A stretch of 63,962 nt of DNA, counting the filler, from Octopus bimaculoides (taxonomy: Eukaryota), in NCBI RefSeq assembly GCF_001194135.2. It is 5 parts of 4 records of this genome, joined end to end, with 100 filler letters (N's around TTAATTAATTAA, not from the genome) between each part and the next. Parts side by side here need not be neighbours in the genome. Positions count along the whole stretch, not along the records: positions 62,323 to 63,962 come from NC_068989.1; 4 more parts are not named here. One strand, given 5' to 3'. Numbering within the stretch: the stretch's first letter is position 1; the number at the start of each line of letters is the position of its first letter. This document shows positions 63,365-63,962 of the stretch, piece after piece. The translations under genes and the position numbers were made by a program. The notes beneath the pieces are model-generated. The model worked only from the letters and a program-made list of their open reading frames with translations, ran no database searches and was not told where the DNA came from.

Positions 63365-63792
63365 ATACTGGTTTCAAATTTTGCCACAAGGGAAGCAATT
63401 TTGGGGAACGTACTTATTTAATCGACTCTGAAAGTATGAAAGGCAAAATCGACTCCAACGGAATTTGAACTCAGAACGTAGTGGCAGACGAAATACCGCT
63501 AAGCATTTCGCCAGCGTGCTAAAGATTCTGCCAGCTCGCTGCCTTAATATAAAAATAATAATAATAATAATAATAATAATAAGCCTTTCTACTATAGGCA
63601 TAAAGCTTGGATTTTGTGGGGAGGGGACAGTCGATAACATCGACACCCAATACGCAACTAGTACTTAATTTATCGACCCTGAAAGGATGAAAGGCAAAGT
63701 CGACCTCGGCGGAATTTGAACTCAGAAGGGATCGACGGGCGAAATACCGCTAAGCATCACGCCCGGTGTGTTAGCGATTCTGCCAGCTCGTC

Positions 63793-63793
<1 letters not shown>
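63365..63793 (-). mobile_element. Two tandem SINE family C copies (63365-63545; 63585-63793) separated and followed by (TAA)n
   Basis: Both carry gaaaggcaaa[a/g]tcgac...gaatttgaactcagaa...gattctgccagctcg. Confidence 0.85.
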
Positions 63794-63876
<83 letters not shown>

Positions 63877-63962
63877 TAGAAAGGATTGAGGTAACTCCTC
63901 CTGAAGATATAGAGTCAAAATTAAAAGAAGAGTGCCATTTGTTATCTAGTGAACGATATTTC

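Overview
AT-rich eukaryotic genomic scaffold with many N-gaps and dense microsatellites. The SINE and microsatellite style suggests an octopus or other cephalopod (inference). Three protein-coding loci are supported. (1) The last three exons of CFAP45/CCDC19 on + (149-1985). (2) The last four exons (about TM9 to C-terminus) of an SLCO/OATP organic-anion transporter on - (10624-14600); I could not find its upstream exons in the readable sequence. (3) A two-exon gene on - (28480-32359) for a secreted-type protein with two 4-Cys chitin-binding-like (CBM14/ChtBD2-like) repeats. It has a 1-nt frameshift in its signal peptide and a decayed third repeat after the stop, and may be nested in an SLCO intron on the same strand. 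The rest is mostly old mobile DNA: three tRNA-type SINE families, five fragments of RLE-type (R4/Dong-like) LINEs ending in (TAA)n or (TACA)n, Penelope-like fragments (GIY-YIG, a degenerate hammerhead motif, inverted duplications), two mariners, an hAT, a Chapaev3-like fragment, an internally deleted Gypsy with both LTRs, an ORF1-only LINE tandem and a 5S rRNA-like copy. There are also several long hairpins and a 1.5-kb ~40-bp minisatellite with an internal palindrome. All family assignments are by eye and from remembered motifs; no database search was run.
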